Notes: generated by a model not told the origin, from the letters alone. A stretch of 64,000 nt of DNA from Carcharhinus amblyrhynchos (GCA_965287045.1 OZ336884.1:58156001-58220000), one strand, 5' to 3'. Shown: positions 49,791 through 62,463, counted from the stretch's first letter. Program-made: numbers and translations.

Positions 49791-49924
49791 CTGTGATGCC
49801 TTGCTTATCTAAATTTTGTTCTGTGATTCACATACCCTACAGTGTAATCAGAAATTTGTGAAGTATGATAGAAAAGAAATGATGGATATGTTCTCACTAC
49901 CAATGGCGAGAATGATACCCTGAA

Positions 49925-49950
49925 GGTGGTGGTGGTGGTGGTGGTGGTGG
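49925..49950. repeat. (GGT)n microsatellite
   Basis: About 8 perfect GGT units. Confidence 0.9.
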
Positions 49951-50127
49951 AAGAGACATGTTGGATAGGGTCACACTGCTGAAGTATTCTAAGCACAACT
50001 TATGCTCCTCTCATTACATTGCTGCCTTGAAGTCAGGAGAATGGAGTCGATCTCGAACAATTATTGATTAAATATACAGCAGCACAGTCTTATAAAGAAT
50101 GATTAATGAAGTAGAAGTTATTTCATG

Positions 50128-50370
50128 GCAAAAAAGTGCTGGAAAAACTCATGTGCGGCAGCACCTTTGGAGAGAGAAACAGGATTAGTTTAGTATGGCT
50201 CTTCTTTGGAACGGAAGAAGGGCAGAAATGTCATAGGTTTTACCCTCTTCAGATGTGACGAAGAGGCATATTGGGCTCTAAAAGTTAACTCTATTTCTTT
50301 CTCCACAGATGTGACAGGCCTGCAGAGTTTATTCAGCACTTTCTGTTTTAATTTCAGTTTTCCAGCATTT
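50128..50370. mobile_element. Penelope-like (family 2) old fold-back with decayed hammerhead
   Basis: aaagtgctggaaaaactc..gagagaaac versus tttctccacagatg..gagtttattcagcacttt. gTGACGAagag..ctcTAAAagttaac is a decayed core. Confidence 0.6.
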
Positions 50371-50775
50371 ATAAAACATAAGACATTGGAGCTGAAGTAG
50401 GCCACTCAGCCCAGTGAGTCTGCTCTATCATTCAATGAAACCACGATTGATCTGATGTGATAATCATCAACTCCATCTTCCTACTTTATCCCCATAACCT
50501 CGATTCCCTAATACAGTAAAAATCTCTCTATCTTGGCCTTGAACATACTTAATAACTCAACCTCTACAGCTCTCTGTAATAAAAAAAATCCATAGATTCA
50601 CTACCCTCTGAGAGGAGAAATTCCTCCTCATCTCTGCTTTAAATGGTTGACTTCTTAATCTGAGATTATTCCCTCTGGTCTGAGACATCCCCACAAGGAA
50701 AAACAACCATTCAACGTCTACTCTGTCTGAGATTCCTATGAGGTTGCCTCTCATTCCTCGAAACTCAATTGAGTA
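50371..50775 (-). mobile_element. CR1 3' fragment
   Basis: MRRNFSSQRVVNLW ORF remnant and CR1 tail. Confidence 0.8.
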
Positions 50776-51164
50776 ATGTAAAGGCTGTGCAGGAATACTT
50801 TAAAATTAATATGTTTAGTTCTACGTCACAATAAGCTGGTGAAGGAGGTTTTAGGTGTTGCATAATCGCTTTTCATTGTTGGAATTACGATGCAGAAAAG
50901 GACTATGTCAGGAATTCGCTTTTGGCTCCCAATAGTTTTTGTCTGTTGCCTTGCAGGTATTGGTTTTCACTGCCAGTTACTGAGGATGATTCTTTGGCCC
51001 TACAAGCCCTGGAGTAAATTGCATTATGGCTGGAGAATTGCACAAAAGGAGACAAACACCCATTGAGCGTGGAGGGTAGGCTGCTGCCAAGATGGAGATT
51101 GGAGCCAGTCTTGCCAGGGTCTTTCAGTCCTGCACAGTGCAAATCAACCCAACCTGCAAAAACA

Positions 51165-52095
51165 CATACATGAAACTAGAAGCAGGAGTAGGCCATTTGG
51201 CCCTTCAAGTCTGCTCTGCCATTCATTATGATCACAGCTGATCATTAAATTCAATAACTTGATTCCCTGTTCTCCCCCCCCCCCCCACCCACCCCCCACC
51301 CCCACCCACCCCACCCCCATATCCCTTGATCCCTTTAGCCCCAAGAGCTATATCTAATTTCTTCTTAAAATAAGATAACCTTTTGGCCGCAACTACATTC
51401 TGTGGTAGTGAATTCCACACCTTCATCACCCCACTGAGTGAAGAAATTTCACCTCAGTTTTATAAGGTTTACCCCTTATCCTCAAACTATGGCCCCTAGT
51501 TCGACACTCCCCCACCATTGGGAACATTTTTTCTGAATCTATCCTGTCTAACCTTGTTAGAATTTTATAAGTTTCTATGAGGTCCCCTCTCACTCTTCAA
51601 AACTCCAGTGAATATAATCCTAATCGATTTTGTCTTTCTTCATATGATAGACCTGCCATTCTAGGCATCAGTCTGGTAAAGTTTCACCGAACTAGCTCTA
51701 TAGTAATGAATTCTTCCTTAGAAAAGGACACCAAAACTGCATACACACTCTAGGTGTGGCCTCACCAATGCCATATAAAGTTGCAGCAAAACATCCCTAT
51801 ACTCAAATCCTCTTGCTATGAAGACCAACAAACCATTTGCTTTCTTTACTGTCTGTTACACCTGCACACTTACTTTCAGTGACTGATGCATAAGGACACC
51901 AAGGCCTTGCTGAATATCCACCTCTCTGAATTTACACCCATTCAAGTGATAATTTGCCTTCCTATTTTTGCTACTGAAGTGGATAACTTCCCATTTATCT
52001 ACATTATGTTGCACCTGCCATGCATATACCCATATACTCAGTCCGCAAAATCACACTGAAGCATCTCTGCAGCTTCCTCACAGCTCACCCTCTCA
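51165..52095 (-). mobile_element. CR1 3' fragment with C-rich expansion (51273-51318)
   Basis: VWNSLPQNVVAAKRLSYFKKKLDIALGAKGIKGYG and CR1 tail stem-loop. Confidence 0.85.
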
Positions 52096-53004
52096 CCAAA
52101 AATTATCTAAATGTGGGTAGATTGTGATCTGAATCGCACTGAGCCATTCAGTGGAAATTGTACTGCTTTTCCCATCAAAGAACACACTTACAATGTTTTT
52201 GGGAGAATTGTGCCCATTGCTGTTAGCCCACCCAAATTTGCCTCTAGCTGTAGCCAAGTCCATTAAACCATGGTCTTTCCCAGTGTTGAACGTGCTGTTC
52301 AGTGTATTGTGTTATTTATTATACATTAGTGGATCAAGAGGAATGATAAATCCAGGACTTTGCATTGTTAATTGTAATGTGGAAAATATTGCAGAGTTCT
52401 CATCTAAATTAAGTATTTAACTACATCTTTGAAATTTTGATTCAGAGATATCATCAATAAAATGCAACCAGCCAGCAGGAATGATGCAGATTCCAATCAT
52501 GTGTTAGTAGCCCGGAGTTGTCATTGGCATGTGAAATTGAGAGAACTGACAAAAAAAGGTCAAGAGAAAACTAATGGCTTCAACCAGACGATACCATCCT
52601 AATACAGAATAGTTTATAAGCACCGCCAATAACACACGTTTAACTGCACTATAAATTGCCAACAGTGGCAATGTTACCTCAATTTTAATTCTAATTCATT
52701 TAATAATTGGCTGGATGTGATTAATATTATTACCCCGACCGTAGTTTTTAAAAATCAAAACATTTTAACCTTTTTGTTTCTGAGTGCCTGAAGGCTAGAA
52801 TTAACATCTTTCTACATTCTGACTAATAAATCATTTAGTAAAAGTAACCATCAAATAAACTATATATGCTGTTAAATATTTGCAGGTATATTTGATAGAT
52901 ATTTGACACCACCTGACACATGAATCATTTACAGTACCATTTTCAACGTGGGATTTTATGTTTTTTCCTGTTTTAAAAATTTTTCTCCAGTACTTGAGCA
53001 CATA

Positions 53005-53240
53005 ACCTATATTGACAGTTCAGATTAATACTGAGGGAGTGCTGCATTATTGAAGATGCTGCCTTTCAAGCAAGACATTGAACCAAGACCTTTCTGGCAG
53101 TCATTATATAACCCATGGTTTTATTCAAAAAACAGGGAATTATCATATGCTGTGAACAGGAATTCTCCTTTAACTAACCAACCAAATAAATGATTGGTCA
53201 TTCATTAAATTCTGTTTGATGGAATCTTGCCAGAGGAAAC
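53005..53240 (+). mobile_element. Deu-domain SINE fragment
   Basis: atactgagggagtgctgcattattgaagatgctgcctttca..acattgaaccaagacc. Confidence 0.6.
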
Positions 53241-53598
53241 TTTGGCTATCGCATAAAGAAAGGACAGGCAGAACTTTCAAATATATAGATTTTTCACAAG
53301 CTTGGGGTGGAGGAGGGAAAGATTTTTGCACAATACAGGAATGGTGGTGCGCAGGGACAAAATTATGTGCAACTGACCTCCGTGCCAGTTCGCCACCAAC
53401 ATCCAGTTCCTGATCTATTTTCCTGAAGGCCGCATTTTGAGTTTCTTAAGGACAATTAAGGCTATTGATCAGAGACCATCCAGAATAATTCCAGTGACCC
53501 TTCATCACTTTGGAAGCAGTTTAGCTGCCTGGAGGTGGCCTCCCTCCAGCAGACTGAAGAACCAATAATCCAGGAAGTATATAAGACCACCACCACCG

Positions 53599-53625
53599 CC
53601 CCCCCCCCCCCCCCCCCCCCCCCCC
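53599..53625. repeat. poly-C tract
   Basis: Run of about 27 C following (ACC)n. Confidence 0.9.
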
Positions 53626-53689
53626 GGGCGATGGGAGCCAATTTTGACACCAACGTCTGGCTCTCAAGCCAAAATGCAACATGCTGTCC

Positions 53690-54030
53690 AGGAGATGCAA
53701 AGCACCTTACAGTCAATAAAGTATTTTGTCAAGTGTAATCACTATTGTGATGCAGGGAAACACAAAGCCGATTTATACACAGCAAGGTCCCACAAACAAC
53801 AACGAGTAAATGATGAAATGATCTGTGTTAGTGATGCTAATAAAAGCATAAATATTGCCCAGAGCACCAGGAGAGCTTTCCTCTAGTTCTTCGAAAGGTG
53901 CCATGGATTTTTTTATGTCCATCACTTTGGAAGGCATGGAGGGCTTTGACATTTTTTCGGAAAGGCAGTTCCTCAGACAGTTCAGCACTCCATTGAGTAC
54001 TGCAATGGATATCAGCTCCAGCACAGCTAA
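53690..54030 (-). mobile_element. Deu-domain SINE (SacSINE1-like)
   Basis: cacagcaaggtcccacaaac..aaatattgcccagagcaccaggagag..gtgccatggattt..gacagttcagcactccattgagtactgca. Confidence 0.7.
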
Positions 54031-54194
54031 GACATCCCCCTGTAAATGTTCTTCCCACCCACTGCTGTGGTGTTCCAGCATTGCTGGCAGTCTTCACCCT
54101 GAACTCCGGAATCAGCCCAGTCCTTGTTCAGTTGAGTCTTGACATCTGCTGGCCACATTATTCCAGATGTCTTTTCCTGCTGGCATCATGGAGA

Positions 54195-54401
54195 TTAGGA
54201 GGTGGGTGTTTCATCTGCGTTCCACTGGTAGGATTTACTGCCGGCTTTCAGTGGGTTTCCCAGGCTGCCATGGTGGGCACCAGTGGAAAATCCCATAGTA
54301 AATTCATACTGGCATTAAAACAATTTTTGGACCACCTGCCAAATTCTCCCCGTCTGCCTGCTCTTAAGTCCACTGAGGGGAGCACAGGAGAATTCCGCCC
54401 A
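54195..54401. mobile_element. Harbinger-like MITE fragment
   Basis: Ends ggagaattccgccc. The interior matches the reverse complement of 60430-60510. Confidence 0.5.
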
Positions 54402-56379
54402 GGGTGTGAAATTGATTGCAAGTATGTGTGTGATGAGAGGAGTTATTAATGGATGGCAAGTGAATGTCTGGGGTGCAGAATGTGAAGGGATGCGCTTGTA
54501 TGAGAAAAAGGGAACATTCAAGTGACATTCAAACCTACTTCAGAATATGATTTCTGTTTTGTTGACCTTATGGAAAGCAATGTCATAAAATTGGCGTTAT
54601 GTATAAAAGATGAATCGTAATGAGCTACCCCAGCACATAGGTCATTTACATAAATCTCTGCAAGCGGAAAGCAGTTGCTGTGGGGCCCAGCACACCTAAA
54701 ATCTGACACAATTTCAGCACGTGATGCAAGGACAGACCTGCTAACACAAATCGCACACCGGGGAGGTTTTACATTGCAACGAATGTTCCTGTTCCAGTTT
54801 ATGCCTTTGCTTAGGTCACGTCAATTACTTTGGATGAGCGATCCTGAAAAATAATTTGAAGTTTGAGTGAGGTCTAATTGCCTGATTAGTTTAAAGATAA
54901 TTTGCTATGTTTTCTCAGGAGTTGGATGATTACACTTACCAAGGATTTTACTGAATTGGATCAGCCACAGCAGGACTGGAGCCAAGAATATTTTAGCATC
55001 AGAAACATCTCAAAGCTCTACAGTCTAAAAATAAACTATCAGTGCCAGATTATTCTCCAGGTCTGCATAAAGCTCTCAATAATGGAAAACAAACTTTGCA
55101 GAAGCCTTAATTGGCCCTTCTTGTTCTCCTTTTGCTAATTTAAGAAACTAAACATTACAAACAAATTACAGATTAAAATGGGAAAGCTGGTAAACTTTTA
55201 ATAGCCTGAGTCTGACTTTCTAACTCAAAAGAATCAAAAGCTTTAAAACTGTTGAATATAGGAGCCAATTTTACCTTTGCCTTGTGTAGGGCCTGAGCAA
55301 ACAGTTCTCTGGCTGTCTTTTCGGTACGGCCAAAATCAGGACTTTAACACTCATATAGAACTATAGAAAAGTTGCAGCACAGAAGGAGGCGACTTGGCCC
55401 ATCTTGTCCATGCCAGCCCAAGGACACCTCGGTGCCCTTTCTAATCCCACCATAATGTTACCATTAAACACGTCAGGGCACATCACTAAGCAATCGAAAT
55501 TAAGCTTACTCTATTCTGTCTGGATGATGTGCCTTAACACTAACATCAGAAAAATGCCTATTAGACCAGTGTATTAGGTATCTTTCAATATCTGGGATAT
55601 CTATTTGGCACCTCCTGGCAAAATAGTCAATGGTTGTTAAATGATGGACAGTTTTGCAGCAACTCTGTTCATACACTATTGTGTTTCAAACGTATTCCAT
55701 CATCAATGAGAGGCTATTTTTAGATTTCTCAAACAAGATGTGTCTTTAAGGTGAAATTCTTTGTACTTCGGATAACCTTTCTAAAAGGCATTTTTAACAT
55801 TAGTTCTGGGTGACATTGCATAAATTAAAAGACTAATTTATCCCTTGTTTTAAATTAACCTCAAAGCATGAAAAAATCATAACATGCATGAGTACTGCCA
55901 TTCATTAATAAATTAAGTGAATCATACGCTGATAGTTTTTGAGAAGTAACATTCATTTGGAGTGTTGAAGTTACTTTCTTTTCTTAGGTTGGGTCATCAG
56001 TTTTTCAGAATATCTGCTCATGGCTCTGGGTTTCATACCCATTGTGAATGTGCCAAGTTATTTTTGTGACATACCATCTTTTTCAGTGACACCATTTAAA
56101 ATGCTATTATTTCTAGGGTACATTAAAATAAAAATAGTAAGTTTTGAGTAGTGTATTAGTGGGAAATAATTTTGTTCCCCTATAGAGTTGTAGACACGAT
56201 GGAATAGAACCCAATCAAAATCAAAGCAATTCTAGGCTAGTTAAGTACTAGTTAACAAATAACTGGATAAATAACTAGTTAGAAATGTGAAGAGAAGTAT
56301 AGCCAGAGATCATAATGTTAAAAGCAACCCTGTGGAGTACATGTTTGTCTTGTGTAATATTGCAAAATGAGCTTTAGGT

Positions 56380-56870
56380 TAATTATTATAACAGAGAGGC
56401 TATGTGATCTCACCCAAATACAGAGTTGAAGAAAAGACGGGCGCAGATTTGGGAAGGTCCTTAGGATGGAAAGGGGGGTTGGAGACAGATATGGTAGGAT
56501 TTTGAAGAGTATGGTGATGATGGCAGATTTTAAAGGAATGGGATAGTACTGGAGTTAACAGTGTGGAACTGGGAACAAAACAATTTCAAGGATTCTGACT
56601 ACTTCTGAATAGATAGTAGTGAAACCATGCAAGTGAACCCTATCCAACCGTACGGAGGAGAGGTGTTAAATAAAGATGATGTGGGGACGTTGACAGGTTG
56701 AGAAAGATGAGAGATCGTTTAGTGTAAATTATTGTCACGTGGGACATTATTTGTGTCTTTGATAAGAGCCGTATCAGTATTGTGGCTGGAGTAGAAACCC
56801 GATTTTAGGGGGTTCAAATATGAATTGTAGAATATTGACACAAATTCAGAAAATGAGAACACATTCAACA
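56380..56870 (-). mobile_element. Old L2 fragments
   Basis: gaaagggggttggaga..ggtaggattttgaaga resembles the reverse complement of the L2 segment at ~35740-35790. A similar piece lies at 58480-58840. Confidence 0.45.
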
Positions 56871-56877
56871 ACTAATG

Positions 56878-57035
56878 CAAAAGCATAATCTGCAGACACT
56901 AGAAATCTGAAATTAATATAGAAAATGCTGGAAATACTCAGAAGTCAGGCAGTACCTATGGAGACAAACAAGGTTAACGTTTCAGGTCAGTGGTCCTTTA
57001 TCAGTTCAGCTGAAGGGTTATTAACCTGAAATATT
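56878..57035. mobile_element. Penelope-like (family 2) pLTR fragment with decayed hammerhead and short inverted copy
   Basis: gaaaatgctggaaatactcag..gttaacgtttcaggtcagtggtcctttatcag, whose reverse complement is CTGATAA..GAAACGTTAAC. Confidence 0.6.
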
Positions 57036-57039
57036 ATTA

Positions 57040-57240
57040 TTATTTTATTTGTCAGTCACAAGTAATCTTACATTAACATTGCAATTAAGTTATTGTGAAA
57101 ATTCCCTAGTTGCCACACTCCGGCGCCTGTTTTGGTGCACTGAGGAAGAATTTAGCATGACCAATTCGCCTAACCAGCACATCTTTGGACTTTGGGAGAA
57201 AACCGGAGTGCCCGGAGGAAACTCTCGCAGACACAGGGAA
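57040..57240 (-). mobile_element. V-SINE body with a non-CR1 3' tail
   Basis: 57148-57240 matches the HE1 body (aatttagcatg..cacatctttggact..aaaccggag..gaggaaac). 57040-57147 is a different tail. Confidence 0.7.
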
Positions 57241-57699
57241 AATGATATTAGCTGGAATCATCTGTTGTAGAATCTATGTTCAGTGGCGGATGTGGAAGCA
57301 AGAGTGATTTCTGCTGATGGAGTGTGATCTTGCACTGTTCAGCTCAATAAATGTGCATCTGCAAGAAATTTTCTCATTCTCACAGCGGGACCAGACAGAA
57401 AGCTTCCGCTCCCATCATTACTCATAGAGTTCAAGGTCCAGGAGCCATACTTAAAGGGAACCCTGACAGCCTGCACCACCCCTTCCTCTTTGTCCTGTCC
57501 ACTTCTCCCCTCTTCCCTGCTAACCCTTCCTCCCTTCCTTGGTCATCCGACAAGCAAATTCCACAACTACCACCCGGTCTCAAGCAAAGGTTGGCATTTA
57601 CAGATGCTTCTCAAAGAGGACAATGTAGCAGCAACTCACCATTAGTCATGGAAGAAGTCTACCTCACTTAGTGCACATCATGTATGTGTGGCAGAATGA

Positions 57700-58182
57700 T
57701 TGCTGCCTCACAGCACCAGGGACGTAGGTTTGATTCTGGCCTTGGGTGTCTGACTGTTCTCCCTATGTCTGTATAGGTTTCCTGAAAGATGCTCTGGATT
57801 GCCTCACAGTTAAAAGATGTGCAGGTTCATTGAATCCTATAGCACAGAAGAAGGCCATTTGGCCCATTGAGCCTACACCGACTCTCTGGAAGAGTATCCC
57901 ACCCAGAATCACATCCCTGCCCTATCCCCATAATCCCCATGGCTAATCCACCTGTCTTACACATCTTTGGACATGAAGGGGCAATTTAGTATGGCCAGAC
58001 CATCTATTGCCCCTTGGTACTGAAAGATGTGTAGGTTAGATGGATTTGCCATGTTAAATGTATGGGGTTAAGGGGATTGGACGCATGGGTGGTTCTGGTT
58101 AAGATGCTTTCTCAAAGAGTCAGTGCAGAATCGATGGGCTGAATGGCTGCCTTCTGCACAGTATGGATTTTATTGTTCTATG
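57700..58182 (+). mobile_element. HE1-related SINE interrupted by an opposite-strand SINE 3' fragment (57828-58004)
   Basis: Plus-strand head to aaagatgtgcaggtt, then a minus-strand tail/body piece, then the plus strand resumes at attgcccctt and ends ttctatg. Confidence 0.7.
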
Positions 58183-59750
58183 TGCAGCTGTAAAGGTGAA
58201 CATTCTAATTTCTCACTGAGGGAAAACTTAATTTGGAGGGGGAGCTTAATTCTGGCGAGGTCGCCTTTTAGTGAGCATGCCTGTTATTACTCTTCAGGAA
58301 CACAACTTGCCTTGAACTTATCTTTAAAGTCCCTAATGCATAATTTCTACCTTTCTGCCAGAAAACTGATTTTTAGCCTCACGCCTAATTAAGTCCCCAC
58401 CCCCACCACCACCACCACCAAGCTTCCTGCTGTTCGTGGAGCTGGAAGATTCTGCCCAATAACTCTGTTTCTCTCAAAATATGCTGCTTGACTTGCCGAG
58501 TATGTCCAACGCTTTGTCTTTTGACAATACATTCAAGGCTTATGAGGGCGGGAGGGAGGTTTGGTGGTGGAAGGGCAGGGGAATAAGAGGTGGATTTTTT
58601 GAGGCAGAGTGATGATGGTACTTCTGAAGGGAATAGGTGTAATGCCTGAGAAAAGAAAACTGTAAACCATATCAACTAACATGGGGGGACCATGAAAGAA
58701 TGTTGGGTGGTCAGCAGCTTAGTGGGAGTAGGGCTTAGAAAATGTTGTTTAGGTTTCATAGAGAAGATGAGCTCAGTGCGGGTATGAAGGGGAGTTAGGG
58801 GAGAAATTAGAGCAAGATGCAATTAGGATTAAGACAGAGAATTTCATTATAGGTAACTTTGTTTGATGAATTAAGCTTGCCTGTGATGCCTGCATCCTGT
58901 GAATGAATTCAAAGAAACAAATTCTGCATTTTTTTAACACAGTTGAATTATTTTCATTCATTTGAGAAACTTTTCAAAGTGTGACGTACTTCTGCATTAT
59001 CAGTTAGACAATCTCTCTTATTTAGAGTGACTGATCAATGTAGCCCAGACCTTGCATCAGTGGCAAATGTATTTCTATTCTGGATCCATCCACCTTGCTA
59101 CAATTGTAATAAATCTAATATGAGGTAATTGCATAGGATAATTCCATTGTCCTTTTTCTATCCGTGAAAACAGTGTAAATTATGCAAGGCACTAATCACA
59201 ATCAGTATTATACCATTTGGAAGTAAGGCTTGTAGTTTTAGAATTGCAAAGAGGTAGCTCTTAACTGGACACCCCTCCTCGAAGAAGAGGTACAATATCG
59301 TAACCAGGATTTTCTGGCCTTGCCACAGAGGATGGGGTGAGCCATTCAAAAATCCATTGACTTTGGTGGGATTGGAAGATCCAGACGTTGGGTGGGGTCA
59401 AAAAATTCTGGACTTAACCTTTATGTGATAAGGCCTTGGGAGCTCCCAGGTCAATACAATTGCACTTTAATAGGTGAGAACACCCAAAGGAGATCCCTTA
59501 AATAATATGATAATACTCATTTGATTTTTCTTCCTCCTCCCTCATTGCTGGGTTTTGTTTTACAAAATGACAGCATGTTATCTTACGTAAGTAGCACCAC
59601 ATCAGCTTTCATTGCAAGGAACACAGGCAATTTATTAAGGTAGTGGTTAAGCCTAAATGGATTACCTTAGGATCAGCTACGGTCCCCCGTCTTTCAGCAA
59701 CTTTCCAGCACGTCCACCAGAAAGAAGCAGATTAATCAGCTGCTTGTAAT

Positions 59751-60105
59751 GGGGCGGCACGGTCGCACAGTGATTAGAACTGCTGCTTCACAACTCCAGT
59801 GACCTGGGTTCGATTCCTGGCTTGGGTCACTCTCTGTGTGGAGTTTGCACATTCTCCTCGTGTCTGCGTGGGTTTCCTCTGGGTGTGCCGGTTTCCTCCC
59901 ACAGTCCAAAGGTGTGCTGGTTAGGTTGATTGACCATGCCAAAAAATATTGCCCCTTAGTGTTCTGCGATGCATAGGTTAGAGGGATTATCAGGTAAATA
60001 TGTAGGAATATGGGGGTAGGGCCTGGGTGGGATTGTGGTCGGTGCAGACTCAATGGGCCAAATGGCCTCTTTCTGTACTGTAGGGTTTCTATGATTTCTA
60101 TGATT
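59751..60105 (+). mobile_element. HE1-type V-SINE, full length, young
   Basis: ggggcggcacggtcgcacagtg..gggttcgattcc..tttctatgatttctatgatt. Confidence 0.95.
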
Positions 60106-60244
60106 GCAATCATTACTACTGGTCCCAACTATACTTTGTGTTATTTATGTTTTAAACTGTACAATCAGCGAGGTGTGCTTTTGGATCCATGTAGCAAAAC
60201 TTTACAAGGGAATACTCATCACATGAGTTGGAGAGCAAAAACTA

Positions 60245-61060
60245 TGGCTAGAATTCTCTGGCCTTTCAAGCTGGTGGGATTCTCTGTTTCTGCGAACAAC
60301 ACACCCCCTCTCGTGGGTTTCTCGGCAGCATGGGCTGACATCAGTGGGAAATTCCATCGATAGTGATGGGACCATAGAATCCTGCCGCCAGCAAAAGGTG
60401 CACCGTCTCTTGCTACTTTGGGGGTCAGAATCCAGTGGGAGTCCAAAAATCTGTTTTACACAAGGCACGAATTTCCTGCAGGATTTTCCACTGGTGCCCG
60501 CCATAGCAGATTGGGAAGCCTAGTGGAGGCTGGAGTGAAACTTGTTTCATTCCACTAATGTGATGCAGAAGAAGGAACAACAGGAATCCTCCATCCATGA
60601 CTGACTCTTCATGACACCATCAGTAAAACATACCAATCCAGAACACATCTGAAACAACATGGCATGCAGTAGGACACACCTGAACAATGCCTGATGCTGC
60701 CTCTGGAGTTCAGAATAGAGGTCACCAGCAAACCTGGACCCTGGAACACCAGAGCAATGGATTGGGGTGAGCATCTACAGTAGCATGTTCCAGATGCAGT
60801 GTCATTGAGGAGGTCCATCTTCCAGTCTGAGTGCTCCTGGAGATCCATCTTCTTTCTTCAACAATGGGTCAGTGATGTTGACTGCCATTTCAATATGGCA
60901 CCCAGATATGAAGATGGAACTTGTGTCATCATGGCCACCCCCCACAGAATAAGGTGCTAAACCTCCAGGTACATAACTGATGAGGTGGGGGTTGTAAGGT
61001 ATGAAGGGATTCCCCACCTGGGAAATTTCCCATTCCCACCCCCACCATGTGTCCCAGATG
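60245..61060. mobile_element. Harbinger-type non-autonomous element(s) and MITE
   Basis: ggctagaattctc start. 60790-60900 is the reverse complement of 9311-9450. Confidence 0.55.
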
Positions 61061-62064
61061 GCAGAAGTCTGCTTAGACAGTCTAGAAATATGTTGGAACT
61101 TGGAAAATAGAGAAACTATCTTGACAAAGGTTCATTACCAACATTCAGGATTTTGAAATTAAACTGTGTGGTCCATCAAATAGTCACTGAGCAACTTCCA
61201 CAAAAGCATGTTCCCTTGTTGTCTTAATAGCTTGATTTAGTTACGCACTGAAATATTGAGCAGAAAATAATGAATTTGTTTTGAAAATACAAAATTCCTC
61301 AGCCTTTATAAGGGAGCTGCAGAGGTGCACCAAGAGTAACAATTTGAGGTTATTTTCAAAATAGAACATAGACTTTTCCAGGATACTGTACTCCATGAAT
61401 TTGATATATTCTTTTGTTAACAGACTATTGGGCTTGTTTTATCTTGCCTGATTCACCGTATGATAACTTTTAACCATGGGAACAATAGATTTAACTCAGC
61501 TGGGACGGTTTCACAAATTATCTATTGTTGTCATTGTTTTGAGCTTTATAAGTATAAAGTTTAATGTAGAAGAATCCAAAGAAAATTACTTTCTTGTTTA
61601 AAGGTGTGAGGCTTATTTTGCAAATATTATTTGACAAGGCATAATTGCATTTCTGCGCTGTGTGGATTTATATACTGAGGGTAGAACTGTGAGTAAAAAT
61701 TTGGAATAATCTCTGGGGCATTTTAAATTGCCATCCAATACACTTTGCATGGAATTGTCAGCAAATACAATGTGACCCAACCACATCTGCTAATCAGGTA
61801 TTCATGTCATGGCAACCTGCTGTTCTTCACATTCACCTCTTCACTCACAATTTAACCTCAATTCTGCCTCTGTGCATTTCGTTCCTGACTAAACCGATAG
61901 TGTGATTGAAAGCCTGTATTTTTCCTGTCAAAATAAAACAGTTACCCGTATTCTTTTTTTAAAAATGCCAGAGTAGCTTCACGATGTTTTTGGAGAAGGT
62001 ATTGACATATGAAATTGTCAAGCTCATTCAGTGTGTTGTAAGGTACAGCTCCAAACATAGATTT

Positions 62065-62430
62065 TTAAAATTTATTTATGGGATATGGCCATCACTGGCT
62101 AGGCCAGTATTAATTGCACATCCCTAATTACCATTGAGAAGATGGTGGTGACCCTCCTTCTTGAACTGCTGTAGTCCCTGAGGTGTAGGTACACCCACAT
62201 TGCTGTTAGGAAAGGAATTCCAGGATTTTGACCCAGCGACAGTGAAGGAACAGCAATATATTCCCAAGTCAGGATGGAGAGTGGCTTGGACAGGAACTCC
62301 AGCTGGTAGCACTCCCTGGTATCTACTGCCATTGTCCTTCTAGGTGATAGTGTTCATTGGCTTGCAAGATGCTGCCTAAGATGAGTTCCTGCCTTGCGCC
62401 TTGCAGATGGCACACATTGCCTCCATTGAG
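62065..62430 (-). mobile_element. LINE 3' end (CR1/L2-group) sharing its tail with the Meta-like SINEs
   Basis: ORF remnant FTVAGSKSWNSFPNSNVGVPTPQGLQQFKKEGHHHLL. The tail reverse complement agggatgtgcaattaatactggcctagccagtgatggccatatccca matches the SINE tails. Confidence 0.75.
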
Positions 62431-62463
62431 ATTTGGTTGAAGTTCACGACGGACTCAGGATAA

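Noticed and set aside
50957-51075. Candidate exon after ttgccttgcAG
   Set aside because: Stops in all three frames and a weak donor.
59751-59825. tRNA-like sequence with A and B boxes (also in other HE1 heads)
   Set aside because: It continues into the SINE body and CR1-like tail, so it is a SINE head rather than a tRNA gene.
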